The notes: a model not told the origin generated them from the letters alone. Numbered from the stretch's first letter, positions 55,201 through 63,877 are shown. The stretch: 64,000 nucleotides of DNA from a virus (IMGVR_UViG_2886098363_000001:12318-76317); one strand, 5' to 3'. Program-made: numbers and translations.

Positions 55201-58200
55201 GCGAACCAGTTGCGGCAGGTGGCCGTGACGGATCGCGACCTGATCGACAAGCTGACCGCGTTCGTTCGTGGCAGCCAGGAGGGCACCCAGGCGTTCCGCG
55301 TAGCCGAGCAACTGACGGATGCTGACCGCCTCAACAAGATGGGGATCTTCTCCCGCGCCAACCTGAGAGCGGCACTGGTGGAGCTGCAAGCCATCGAGGC
55401 AGGGCTGGGCAAGCGGGCCGAGGTGAGCCCGCTGCGCACCAAGGAGCAGGCGCTCAAGCTGAAGCTGCTGGGCAACCGCAATGCCTTCATCGACTTCTTC
55501 CCCACCACTGAAGACGACGCCGCCGATCTGGCCGGTCGCCTCGGGATTGAGCCTGGCATGACCGTGCTCGAGCCTTCTGCCGGTCACGGGATGCTGGCCG
55601 ATGCCGCCCGCGATGCCGGGGCCAAGGTGGATGCCGTCGAGATTGCCGGCGACCTGCGCGACATTCTGACCGAGAAGGGGCACACCCTGATCGGCAACGA
55701 CTTCATGGCGCTGACCCCGACCGCCAGCTATGACGCGGTGATCATGAACCCGCCATTCTCCAACGGCATGGACATGGACCATGTGCGCCATGCTTATGAC
55801 TTCCTCAAGCCGGGCGGGCGACTGGCGGCCATCGTGTCGGCCGGCGCAGGCCAGCAATCCACCCGCAAGGGGCAGGAGTTTGCGGCGTGGCTGGATGCCC
55901 TGGGCGCCGAGGTGGAGCTGATGCGCGAGGGAGCATTCAAGGACTCGCTGAACCCGACCAGCGTCAGAACCAAGATCATCGTGCTGGAGAAGCCGGTCGG
56001 AGAAACCGCTCCGTCGCCGTCTCCCGAGGGCAAGCGCGTGACCGTGGCCACGCCGAAGGGGAATGCGGTCGAGGTGCAATACCGCGTCGTGGAAGCGGCG
56101 GATCTGGTGACGTCCCACGACTTCGAGGGGAACATCAATCACAACTACCCGCAGCAACTCCAGCCCCGGGATCGCTCCAAGCAGACCTACCGGGTGCAGG
56201 TGGGCCAACTGGCCGCCGCGCCGGACGGAGCGCGACTGGCGGCCAGCCCGGAGACAGATCGCGGCGCCCCCATTGTCAGTGGGCTTGTCGTGGAAAGCGG
56301 AAACGGTCGCTCTATCGGGCTGAGGCAGGCTTACCAGCGCGGTGACGCCGACGCTTACCGCCGCTACATCGAGGCCAATGCGGCCGACTTCGGGATCGAC
56401 CCGGCCGTGATCGGCGCCATGAAGCAGCCCGTACTGGTGCGCGAGCGGATCACCACCATGACCGACGACCAACTGCGTGACTTCGTGGTGGACTCCAACA
56501 CCGACGCCAAGATGGCGAACAGTGCCGCCGAGGATGCCGGCGCCGACGCGGGCAAGCTGACCGACGACATGCTGGATCTGCTCAACATCCCCGAGGGGGG
56601 CGACGTACTGGCGAGCCAGAACAACCGATTCCTCCAGGCGTTCCTGTCTGCCATCGGCGAGAACCAGAGCAACAGCTATGTGAGCCGGGACGGGCAGTGG
56701 AATGATGCCTACCGCAAGCGGGTGACGGCGGCCATCTTCGCCTACGGCTACGACAACCAGCGGCTGCTGGATGCGGCCACCGGCGAAGTGGACGCGGACG
56801 GCCGTAACATCACTACCGCCCTGATCAACAACGCCGTGGGCATGGCCAAGTTGCGCCAGCACTCGCCGGAGCGGGCCAAGGTTATCTCCAACTACCTCGC
56901 CGAGGCAGTGGAGAGCATCGCCCGCGCCAAGCGCAGCGGGCAGTCCCTGCAAGAAATGGCCGCTCAGTCTGATATGCTGGGAGGCGACACCAGCCCAGAG
57001 GGCAGCCTGCTGGCCCAGGCCATCGCGGCCAGCGCCCGCAGTGCCAAGGCGATCACCGGCATGGTTGGCGACATCCTGACTATGCTCAACAAGACCACTT
57101 CCGCCGACATGTTCGGCGCGGCGGTGGACCCTGCAACCCCGGAGACAGCGATCAATGAAACCCTCAAGGCCATCAGCGCCTACAACCAGCAAAAAGCCAG
57201 CCAACCCAAGCCCGGCGGCGATCTTTTTGGCCTCGCCGGAGCACGGAATAACCACGGCGCAGCGCCAAGCGTTCCGCGATCTGGTGACGCAAGCGCAGCA
57301 AAAGGCGCAGGAGGAGTAACCGAGGGGCGCCTCGAGCTGGACGGGGTAAGTATCCGTATTCCGGCCATCGACGAGGAGCAGCAACGCCTCTACAACCAAG
57401 CCACCCACCGGGGCCAGGGCGTGAACTTTGCCAGCGGCATCAGCACCGGTGTGGGGCGGATCCTCAATGACCTGAAGGATGCCGGCCTACTGGACACGGC
57501 AGAGCAGAGGGCGGCCGCCGAGGCTGAGGTGCAAGCCTGGGCCAATGAGGAGGCCATCAACGCCCGCAAGCTGATGCGCGACGGCATCAAAAACCCGAGC
57601 TGGGCGATCACCGGCCGTTCTGGTCGCAAGGCCCAGAGCAGCGCCGCCCAGGACGCCGAGAACCGCCGCCAAGCCGCCCACCACAAAGACCAGTCAGACC
57701 GCATCACGGCCCTGCGCGGAGAGCTGAAGAAGCTGCGCCCGAAGGAGGTGATCGGGAAAGAGTCGTTCAACTACGCATGGGGCAAGGCCAAAGGCATGAT
57801 CGCCGACTACGCCAGCGCCCAGAGCAACGGGCAGCCCAATCTGCTGGCCAGTCTGCGCAAGAGCATGAATGCCGAGCTGGCCCGCTACCTGCAATCCATG
57901 GGCAAGATCGACGCACCCAACTTCATCAAGACCCTGAAGGAGCAGGATCAGCGCCTGAAGGCCGCCGGCCATGACGGTTTGGTGGCCATCGTGGGTGCGC
58001 GCTCCAACCCGGGCAAGATCATCTCCAACGCCATCGATGGTCGGATCCGCTTCTCCAAGCAAGCCATGTCACAAGGGATGCGACCTGCTAAACACCTGAC
58101 TCGCAAGGAGGCTGAGCTGGTAACCAAGGGGTGGTTCAAGCAGTACCGCGGCGCTTCCGGCATAGATGTGCAGATCCACGCAACCCAGGCTGAACTGGAG

Positions 58201-61200
58201 GAATCCCTCGGGCTGGATGCCAAGGAGGGATTGATCCGCCGCGCCGCGTTTGACGACGATGCCGGCACCCTGCACGTTGCTGCGGACACCATTTCCGACC
58301 CCAAGCGGATGCGCGAGATCCTGCGCCATGAGGTGCTGGCCCACTATGGCCTGGCCAACGTCCTGGGTGACGGGGAATATACCAAGCTGATGAGCCGCCT
58401 CATCGGGTCCCAGGAGGACCCCAGCATGAAGCCGGTGTGGGACTGGGTAAACACCCATTACGCCGACGAGGACATCGGCACCAAAGCCGAGGAAGTGGTG
58501 GCTCATTTGGCGGAATTGGAGCAGGGGGCCTGGGGCCGTGGCTGGGATCGGGTCGTGGCCTGGGTCACCCGGGCGCTGCGTGCGGTCGGCTTTGTACCTG
58601 ATGGCATTACCGCCGCGGAGACGCGTTCCCTGATCGAGGGGCTGGGCAAGAAGTTGCAGCGTAGCGGCCCAGACGACAGCGGGCCGGATGGCGGGAAGAA
58701 GTTCAGCCAGGAAGCCGAGCGGCCAGCCCAGAAAGGCGGTATCAAGATGAGCCAGGCCAGTACCGCAGCTGATGCGGCCATGGAGAAGCTCAACCTGGGC
58801 CCCAAGCCCGACATCATCGACAAGACCAAGGCCAGCCTGAACAAGCTCCGTCAAGTTGACCGAGGCGTGGTCAGCTCATGGATCGATCGCGTCATCAAGA
58901 AAGCCAACACCGAGGTGCTCGACGCGCTGGCCCCCATCAAATACGCCGAGGAGGCTGCCGGCATTACTGATGCCGCAGACTCCGGTTATGTGGCGGCACG
59001 GATGGCGACGGGGGCCGCCTCCACCATGCAGGCGACCATGCTCTATGGTCTGCCGGAGTGGAATGACGGGGTGATCCAGCGCAAGGCGGGTACCGGCGAG
59101 AAAGACGCGCTGCTGGGCATCTTTGCCGACCTGGGAGCTGATCTGCACAACTGGCTTGGCTGGATGGCTGGTCACCGGGCGGAACTGCTGATGGCGCAGG
59201 GCAGAGAGAACCTGCTCGATGCCAATGACATTGCGGCGCTCAAGGGGCAAGGCAAGGGCAAGGAGGCCAAATTCCTTGATGCCAAAGCCCGCTGGAACCG
59301 CCTCAATGCCGCAACCCTGGACCTGGCACAAGAAGCTGGGCTCTTCACCAAAGAGGCGCGGGCCGAGTTTGAAAGCGAATGGTACATCCCGTTCTTCCGT
59401 GAATCAGATGACGGCGACGTGATCGCCCCCTTCAAGACGAAGGGCATTGCCAACCAGAACGCCGGCATCAAGAAGCTCAAGGGCGGGGAGGCCAACACCA
59501 ACGACCTGCTCGAGAACATCTTCACCTCCACCTCCAAGCTGATCGACGCGTCCATGAAGAACATGGCGGCCCAGAAGACGGTTTGGAACCTGGCGGATAC
59601 CGGCATCATCGAGGTCATTCCGAAGCCAAACAAGATGGATTACCAGGCCCTTGCCAATGGCAAAGACAGGATCATGGTCAAGCTGGAGGGGGAGGACTAC
59701 ATGATCCGGGTTGAGGATCCGGACCTCTATCGCGCTATGACCTTCTTCGACCGCAAGCCGTTCAGCGCCATGGTCAATGTGGCGGCCAAGGCCAAGCGCC
59801 TGCTTACTGCTGGGGTCACTGCATCTCCCGAATTCATGCTGCGCAACTTCCTGCGCGACTCACTCTCCAGCTGGGCGATCAGCAAAGACGGCTTCAGGCC
59901 GGTGATCGACTCCATCAAGGGGGTGAAAAAGACCCTGGCGATGGACGGCAGTACCATTGATGTGATGTTCAGCGGAGCCTCCTTCCTGGGCGGCTACGTG
60001 AATGGCAATGACCCAGAGGCGATGGCCGATACCGTGCGTAAGTCGCTGCGACGCAAGGGGATGACGCCCGAGCAAATCGCCCGCTACGAAAAGAGCATTA
60101 TCCGCAACGCCGCTCAGGCAAAGGGCGTGGTTGCCAATGTGTGGGAGAAGTACAACCGCTATGGCGAGGCTTTCGAGAATGCCAACCGCGAGGCGGTCTA
60201 TGCCGCAGCCATCAAGGCTGGCAAGAGCCACGCCCAGGCGGCGTTCGAGTCGAAGGACCTGATGGATTTCTCCATGCTGGGTGCCTCACGCACCATGCAG
60301 GTCATGACCCAACTGCTGCCGTTCTTCAATGCCCGGGTCCAGGGTCTCGGCAAGCTGAGCCGTGAGCTGCGCGACAACCCGCGCGAGATCGCCAAGCGTG
60401 CCGGCATGATCACGGCTGCGAGCCTGGCTCTGCTGGCCGCCAACTGGGACGATGAGCGATACGAAGAGCTGCCGGATTGGGACAAGGATGCCAACTGGCA
60501 CTTCTTTGTCGGCGATCAGCACTTCCGGATCCCCAAGCCGTTCGAGATTGGCGTGTTGTTCGGCACCATCCCCGAGCGCATGGTCCGAGCCCTGGGTGAC
60601 AAGGACACCGGGGCCCAGTTCGGTAAGGCGGTGGCCAGGGCGGTCGGTGAAACGTTCGCGCTCAACCCCACGCCGCAGATCGTCAAGCCGTTGGTGGAAT
60701 CCTACTTCAACTACGATGCCTTCCGTGGCATCCCCATCGAGAACGCGCAGGACCTCGCAGTGCAGGCGGAGGCTCGCTACAACGAGCAGACCAGTCTGAT
60801 GATGCGTGAGCTTGGCGAAACCCTGGGTATGTCACCCAAAAAGCTGGAGCACCTGCTGATCGGCTACACGGGCACCATCGGCAGTTACGTGATGGCGGCG
60901 GCCGATGGCCTGATCCGGGCCGGCACGCCCGGGGAGTCTGCAAGCTGGCGCGCCGATGAGATCCCGCTGGTGAAGGCCGTGTACCGAGGCAGCGGCCCTG
61001 CCAAGTCCACTCAGCACATGGAGGAGTTCTACCGGATGCTGAACGAGGTGAACCAGCTCAAGCGCACCGTTGATCAGTACCGCAGCGAAGGGCTGACCGA
61101 CAAGGCAAACGAGCTACTGGAAGAGCAGGGCGGGATCCTGAAGTCGCGCCGAAGCCTGAGTCGAACCCAGCAGCAAGTGCGTGTGGTACGCAACAGGATT

Positions 61201-61326
61201 GAGCTGATCCAGCGCGACCGCACACTGACCGCAGAAGAGAAGCGCCGGCGCATCGATGAGATGCTGGCCCGCCGTAATGACCTAGTGTATCAGGCAGTCA
61301 ATAAGAACAAGGCGAACTGGGAGTAA
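49246..61326 (+). CDS. Giant (4026 aa) polyvalent virion protein
   Basis: ART-like HGS/GFY domain (~51700-52055), PPase-like domain (~53310-53700), N6-adenine MTase LEPSAG...NPPF (~55490-55990), DdrB-ParB-like domain (~56030-56520), HEVLAH peptidase-like motif (~58325), and LPD38-like C-terminus (RIPKPFEIG). Confidence 0.9.
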   Translation: MDKPGLRDALPQPRQSDTRNDPFWSSLDSSLSAAAAATPQPSEPVAKRDLDVGLGDVARGVGAGALDLVGGIGELARQASNFGKENAGKQGGDYLEQARANMANKLSPVLDVVAGAGDLAASGAESLNDGMSADAKEALGRRLVDETPEGRLTLGDGAGDIDVWAMKMAQGVGSLLPTLAAGGVTGVAAKASIGRAVTASMVKRGATQEVAEAVAAKAVSKIATGAAVTTGATGSVGSAGVNTRDTVLGMSFDELAASDTFRQAFTRIDQDQQTAYLSDEEKLGLAREETANLASRATMSDAKVWGAAAMGSMMGDAMLFKMLAGKAATGGVLKGAAKGAAGEGISETLEEGVQQYAVNESLNEVAAADIDPMKGVMSSAIEGGLIGMGTGGAVGAVGGARGGKHASQEDGVGTDPVAEPSAPVTEGAAGPAVDPNFASVPLEEGEQAPSASQAEGELNPLGPSASQFDELRDVPAYLRQDDTADRYKGMAADSEVQRALAGEFGQTVQELVASQMKAGDQGKSLYERAQAGELGLDPFAGNKSAQQVAMENQRLALPLKDVIFAGDANAKPKGEALAAPGDHDDHQAGPGPQFRGTERTRWQSGQEGDLLPPERDPRYYAAEALPGATIEGEGREVGTELPHRNVVYGTDGRPAQQQAANLAQRERELANQPPQIGQSDTIFAGGASGSDPRNSAYTPPKLSRDQVDGSLDTQSTRDPRSEVARSIEGAGKDTDSVFGPLQTLRITRKGKPFATEKEAAMASRKGQEMPVPLNGGGFGVAAIGEVQQAQAQQGGVKQPSSNSAQQDRQDGKTEIAQNGMVIVHGSGNPGMSEQDIQIVRASGQKQGKKGRVYGGFYGTSEQDAHQAQAYADMMGGTPTLYDVKIKPGTKVLHKQGDITRLSESYINELVSQGYGVVTGTDPRGQTEHVVIDKSAVASMAPRGTQSTTSQVDETNVADMRQPSDLPANRVSAETVPAPSATAGEASQLVPAIDTGYREVIPGNQPQAEVSNEPVTPIPAISSERSGDQPGAGDPVATSVGPTPAELAERAGPGDPADGTSLAPVPVTQPGEENSLTAPAPAGVAVSEEAQAEQARTTAGPAAAPTPWSEMIDNPDGTITLKGEVPIIKQWAKDNGVKAIPGKGGLVVAKSFTAKVRGLTAPAANEPSALVEAARGGVVPEPTEVDLIDRDLLKEHAGRWKYRSAVGAGWFTSNTKEGAIDRAREAYRRAFEKGDPVPTREERWEQSEREFAGRMDNRFGGMTINELEKRHQNLGGTIADLQLAGRHEMNGNGGRRTGAAVANEGARQAGQEKMDLERYIQLRRDREEMAGSAPARMIEAARSEVAPEPTEAQKEAGNYKKGHLTLQGLDIALENPKGSTRSGTDPDGKAWQSTMAHDYGYIKRTQGADGDHVDVFIGDKPDSETVYVVDQVDPKTGKFDEHKVMMGFSDEQAAREGYLGNYEAGWKGLGAIKAMPVESFKRWVKEGDTTKAVSDLPASEPTIKQWVDSAPDDLLGGMSRLFKGDMSYGEFRDFAERTIISGEGIKAMFGGWTVPRLKEYLTANNAYVFSGTKKAELVERATRIMQGEVRWPSAGGAGVLTTTNNPFAKSNASPADALRAEVQGITEARYGEFVARRKELNAAHEARKQAIAKAIENPQTLDDYRTLARMKGREGMTAEQVGEYERLLTEAQLDKQDADKAAEQAAKLTATPSGDIIKTKHTKHGYDLFVVQMANRVEKDEYTRINAKAKETGGWYSSFKGSGAVPGFQFKEEAQATDFRAWLTGQGQAESKPSVTAEAPTVNMEEPASSPDDNVAKQIAGLRQRAETIRTKANAALAVDRKANTLRRAGMAARATAAAEEELKTADLLDAIADGVTTGKANILRNLTTKAQLATLRSRLARAMYDLPNAEYERLKGEGLIRMGSQGRHEWTDKAGPLVRVEGAKMPGLDYWTRQLDDLASEMQASSNRSHKAAGVKLKNLAKAAEANQLRQVAVTDRDLIDKLTAFVRGSQEGTQAFRVAEQLTDADRLNKMGIFSRANLRAALVELQAIEAGLGKRAEVSPLRTKEQALKLKLLGNRNAFIDFFPTTEDDAADLAGRLGIEPGMTVLEPSAGHGMLADAARDAGAKVDAVEIAGDLRDILTEKGHTLIGNDFMALTPTASYDAVIMNPPFSNGMDMDHVRHAYDFLKPGGRLAAIVSAGAGQQSTRKGQEFAAWLDALGAEVELMREGAFKDSLNPTSVRTKIIVLEKPVGETAPSPSPEGKRVTVATPKGNAVEVQYRVVEAADLVTSHDFEGNINHNYPQQLQPRDRSKQTYRVQVGQLAAAPDGARLAASPETDRGAPIVSGLVVESGNGRSIGLRQAYQRGDADAYRRYIEANAADFGIDPAVIGAMKQPVLVRERITTMTDDQLRDFVVDSNTDAKMANSAAEDAGADAGKLTDDMLDLLNIPEGGDVLASQNNRFLQAFLSAIGENQSNSYVSRDGQWNDAYRKRVTAAIFAYGYDNQRLLDAATGEVDADGRNITTALINNAVGMAKLRQHSPERAKVISNYLAEAVESIARAKRSGQSLQEMAAQSDMLGGDTSPEGSLLAQAIAASARSAKAITGMVGDILTMLNKTTSADMFGAAVDPATPETAINETLKAISAYNQQKASQPKPGGDLFGLAGARNNHGAAPSVPRSGDASAAKGAGGVTEGRLELDGVSIRIPAIDEEQQRLYNQATHRGQGVNFASGISTGVGRILNDLKDAGLLDTAEQRAAAEAEVQAWANEEAINARKLMRDGIKNPSWAITGRSGRKAQSSAAQDAENRRQAAHHKDQSDRITALRGELKKLRPKEVIGKESFNYAWGKAKGMIADYASAQSNGQPNLLASLRKSMNAELARYLQSMGKIDAPNFIKTLKEQDQRLKAAGHDGLVAIVGARSNPGKIISNAIDGRIRFSKQAMSQGMRPAKHLTRKEAELVTKGWFKQYRGASGIDVQIHATQAELEESLGLDAKEGLIRRAAFDDDAGTLHVAADTISDPKRMREILRHEVLAHYGLANVLGDGEYTKLMSRLIGSQEDPSMKPVWDWVNTHYADEDIGTKAEEVVAHLAELEQGAWGRGWDRVVAWVTRALRAVGFVPDGITAAETRSLIEGLGKKLQRSGPDDSGPDGGKKFSQEAERPAQKGGIKMSQASTAADAAMEKLNLGPKPDIIDKTKASLNKLRQVDRGVVSSWIDRVIKKANTEVLDALAPIKYAEEAAGITDAADSGYVAARMATGAASTMQATMLYGLPEWNDGVIQRKAGTGEKDALLGIFADLGADLHNWLGWMAGHRAELLMAQGRENLLDANDIAALKGQGKGKEAKFLDAKARWNRLNAATLDLAQEAGLFTKEARAEFESEWYIPFFRESDDGDVIAPFKTKGIANQNAGIKKLKGGEANTNDLLENIFTSTSKLIDASMKNMAAQKTVWNLADTGIIEVIPKPNKMDYQALANGKDRIMVKLEGEDYMIRVEDPDLYRAMTFFDRKPFSAMVNVAAKAKRLLTAGVTASPEFMLRNFLRDSLSSWAISKDGFRPVIDSIKGVKKTLAMDGSTIDVMFSGASFLGGYVNGNDPEAMADTVRKSLRRKGMTPEQIARYEKSIIRNAAQAKGVVANVWEKYNRYGEAFENANREAVYAAAIKAGKSHAQAAFESKDLMDFSMLGASRTMQVMTQLLPFFNARVQGLGKLSRELRDNPREIAKRAGMITAASLALLAANWDDERYEELPDWDKDANWHFFVGDQHFRIPKPFEIGVLFGTIPERMVRALGDKDTGAQFGKAVARAVGETFALNPTPQIVKPLVESYFNYDAFRGIPIENAQDLAVQAEARYNEQTSLMMRELGETLGMSPKKLEHLLIGYTGTIGSYVMAAADGLIRAGTPGESASWRADEIPLVKAVYRGSGPAKSTQHMEEFYRMLNEVNQLKRTVDQYRSEGLTDKANELLEEQGGILKSRRSLSRTQQQVRVVRNRIELIQRDRTLTAEEKRRRIDEMLARRNDLVYQAVNKNKANWE

Positions 61327-61399
61327 GGGGTAATAGCAGCCCTAGCTGAGCCTCTGTGATAGGGGTAATCTGGGGCCTTTATCGCAGAGGGCCCTGACC

Positions 61400-61603
61400 A
61401 TGTGGATTCTGTTTGCACTGATAATGATGGTGGTGGCGCTGAAAGCGTTCAGTTTCAGCTTTACGCTGGCCCTGATCCCCTTTGCTGCCGGGTGTTGGTG
61501 TTTTAGCAAATCCAGCCGGAGCGATCTGGATGATTTTATGGCATTCAGTTTTTTTATTGCTCTGGTTGGATTTGCATTGAATGTATTGATATCAGTTTGG
61601 TGA
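61400..61603 (+). CDS. Small membrane protein (moron)
   Basis: 67 aa, almost entirely hydrophobic. Confidence 0.65.
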   Translation: MWILFALIMMVVALKAFSFSFTLALIPFAAGCWCFSKSSRSDLDDFMAFSFFIALVGFALNVLISVW

Positions 61604-61607
61604 ATAG

Positions 61608-61958
61608 CTAGTAGCAGCCATATTCGTTACAGGTCTGACTGAAAGCATTGCCATCACTATCTATCCCATTTGTGATGGTTGAGTTGCCGACTCTTGTAGA
61701 GGTGCTATTCCAAGAATTACCATCAGCATCCTGGCCGGTGGTATAGGTACTATTGCCAATTCGCTGACTCTGCTGATTCCAACTTGATCCCGTGCTGGGG
61801 TTCTGCCCGTTGACGTAAGTAGAGTTGCCAAATTTCTGAACGGTATATGTATTCCCGCTATCGTCATAGCAGGTCTTAAAATTATCAGTTCCAATGCAGT
61901 CTGCTGATACTGAACCAGACAAAAGCACCAGCGCAGCGATGAATGCTACACGCATCAA
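61608..61958 (-). CDS. Small exported protein (moron)
   Basis: Signal peptide and repeated Ser/Thr/Asn/Gly beta-hairpin units. Confidence 0.75.
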   Translation of the reverse strand: MMRVAFIAALVLLSGSVSADCIGTDNFKTCYDDSGNTYTVQKFGNSTYVNGQNPSTGSSWNQQSQRIGNSTYTTGQDADGNSWNSTSTRVGNSTITNGIDSDGNAFSQTCNEYGCY

Positions 61959-62030
61959 GATTCTCCTTTTCTATCTGCATAAATCAAATGTTGCATCGTT
62001 TGAGGCTGTGCGTCAGTGACTGCGATCACA

Positions 62031-62414
62031 TCAGCTTTTCTTGTTTTTCATTTCCTGTCTAATGTAGTCCAGCACTTCCTGTATTTCCTCGCGCCGAACG
62101 TAAGGGGTATAACGAGGATCATCCTTGTCGATCTCGTGAGGCGTGAGGACAGTGCCGGGTGGCAGTGTGAGTGCGGGGCGATCAAGGTTGAGACCTTCAA
62201 TGATCTTCATTCCTTCAATGATTTTCACACCACTTTCAGCAAGCGCGGTATCTTCGTCGATGGTTCGCTGGATGCGATGAACCAACTCGGCGTTCATGGA
62301 TCTGCCACTTGCCTTTGCCAACTCAGAAATAGTGTCCCTCATGCCGTCAGGCAGCCTGAGTACAAACTTGTCTGATTCCCGGCTGGTTGGAACGGTACTT
62401 TTCTTACTCATCAT
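62031..62414 (-). CDS. Arc/Mnt-family repressor (mnt position)
   Basis: DKFVLRLPDGMRDTISELAKASGRSMNAELVHRI. Confidence 0.9.
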   Translation of the reverse strand: MMSKKSTVPTSRESDKFVLRLPDGMRDTISELAKASGRSMNAELVHRIQRTIDEDTALAESGVKIIEGMKIIEGLNLDRPALTLPPGTVLTPHEIDKDDPRYTPYVRREEIQEVLDYIRQEMKNKKS

Positions 62415-62471
62415 CTACTTACGTTTGCTTAAACATATAAGAGAAGCATACAGGCACGGTGACATACATCA

Positions 62472-62549
62472 ATGGTGGCACAGAGCCATCTTTTGTATTG
62501 ACAGTGCTAGATAGCTGACATAATCTCACGATGGTGGCACAGGGCCATC
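62472..62549 (+). promoter_or_regulatory. Pant-like promoter flanked by two 19-bp operators
   Basis: ATGGTGGCACAG(A/G)GCCATC at 62472-90 and 62531-49, flanking TTGACA(62498)-17-TAATCT. Confidence 0.8.
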
Positions 62550-62569
62550 ATCCATAGAGGAGATGCAGA

Positions 62570-62719
62570 GTGAGGGATTGGGACAAGTTTATGGTGCGGC
62601 TGCCACCCGGCTTTCGGGAGAGAGTTAAGGAGCTGGCAAAGGAGAATGGCCGTTCGATGAATGCCGAGATCGTGCAGCGATTGAAGGAGGCGCTGAAAAA
62701 TGAAGGTAAGTTGGCTTGA
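62570..62719 (+). CDS. arc: Arc-like repressor (not in the ORF track)
   Basis: GTG start after GAGGAG. Translation MRDWDKFMVRLPPGFRERVKELAKENGRSMNAEIVQRLKEALKNEGKLA. Confidence 0.88.
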   Translation: MRDWDKFMVRLPPGFRERVKELAKENGRSMNAEIVQRLKEALKNEGKLA

Positions 62720-62800
62720 TGCCAGAAAGAATTCGGCCAAGACGGTAGCCGCCGTCTTGGCCGAGGAATGTAAACCCCACGACCAAGTAAGGATTACGGT

Positions 62801-63622
62801 ATGACTATACAACAACAGTATCAGCAAACCAAAGTTATTGGCAGGGCCGCGAATCAGTCCATGGTCGTGCCGTTCCGTGGCGACAACCTCTATCTGGTCG
62901 ATCACCAAGGCGAACCCTATGTTCCAATGAAGCCGGTGGTTGAGGGGATGGGGCTGGCTTGGCAGGGCCAGCATGCGAAGCTGACAACCAAGTTCAGCAA
63001 AGGTATCAAGGAAATCGTGATACCTTCAGCCGGTGGCAATCAGACAATGACTTGCCTTCCACTCCGCAAGCTGCCGGCCTGGCTCTACTCGGTTCAGCCG
63101 GGCAAGGTCTCCCCCGAGATCCGCGAGAAGGTGGTGGCCTATCAGGAAGAGTGCGACGAAGTGCTGTGGCAGTACTGGACCACCGGTAAGGCCGATCGCC
63201 AATCCGTCAGGAAGGCTGCCAAGTCCTACTTGCCGGAATACCGTCAGGCACGGGCGATCAAGATGACCGCAGATGCCATTACGGTGGCGCTCTCGGTCAT
63301 GCCCAACCTGAGCCAGGAGGCAAGGCAAACTGCGATGGCGACGGCCGTCAACACGGTGGTTGGTGACAACATCCTTCCTCTTCCGGTGCTGACAGAGCGT
63401 TACTACACCGCCGGAGAGGTGGGTAAGCGGTTTGGTATCAGCGCCAACAAGGTGGGCCGCATCGCCAACGAGCACAACCTGAAAACCGAGCGATACGGGA
63501 AGTTCTTCTTGGACAAATCCCGCAGCTCGACCAAGCAGGTGGAGACTTTCCGCTACAACGAGGCGGGGGCTGAAGCGGTTGGCGTCATCATCACCGCGCT
63601 GGAAGTTGGGGGTGCCGCATGA
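62801..63622 (+). CDS. ant: P22 Ant-like antirepressor
   Basis: VPFRGDNLYLVDHQGEPYVPMKPVVEGMGLAWQGQ...YQEECDEVLWQYW. Lies downstream of arc. Confidence 0.88.
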   Translation: MTIQQQYQQTKVIGRAANQSMVVPFRGDNLYLVDHQGEPYVPMKPVVEGMGLAWQGQHAKLTTKFSKGIKEIVIPSAGGNQTMTCLPLRKLPAWLYSVQPGKVSPEIREKVVAYQEECDEVLWQYWTTGKADRQSVRKAAKSYLPEYRQARAIKMTADAITVALSVMPNLSQEARQTAMATAVNTVVGDNILPLPVLTERYYTAGEVGKRFGISANKVGRIANEHNLKTERYGKFFLDKSRSSTKQVETFRYNEAGAEAVGVIITALEVGGAA

Positions 63623-63750
63623 GCGCCGCCCAACTGCAGGTTGAGTTGAATGCCCTGCTGGGGGAATTGGAGGTTATCGACCTCTGTCCTCAGGATCGCA
63701 GGGCGCTTGTTGACAGGATCCAGAGCATGATGCCTGACCTGGCTGAATGA
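63619..63750 (+). CDS. Small acidic protein (not in the ORF track)
   Basis: MSAAQLQVELNALLGELEVIDLCPQDRRALVDRIQSMMPDLAE, with ATGA overlap with ant. Confidence 0.6.
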   Translation: MSAAQLQVELNALLGELEVIDLCPQDRRALVDRIQSMMPDLAE

Positions 63751-63819
63751 TACTGATGTGGCTACGGCCCCATTTTTAATACCCAAATCAGTCCGAAAAT
63801 GATAAATTCAAGGAGTGTA

Positions 63820-63835
63820 CTGTATGGGTATACAG
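63820..63835. promoter_or_regulatory. LexA (SOS) box
   Basis: CTGTATGGGTATACAG fits CTGT-N8-ACAG and is preceded by TA. Confidence 0.8.
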
Positions 63836-63877
63836 TGTTTCACAGTCGAGAGACTGGGAGAGCAAGGGGGAGATCGG

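Noticed and set aside
53419-57408. 1329-aa minus-strand ORF, and similar long antisense ORFs at 11608-13122, 10338-11600, 29761-30963, 32307-33908 and 7762-8850
   Set aside because: These are shadow frames opposite well-supported GC-rich genes, with no motifs or RBS.
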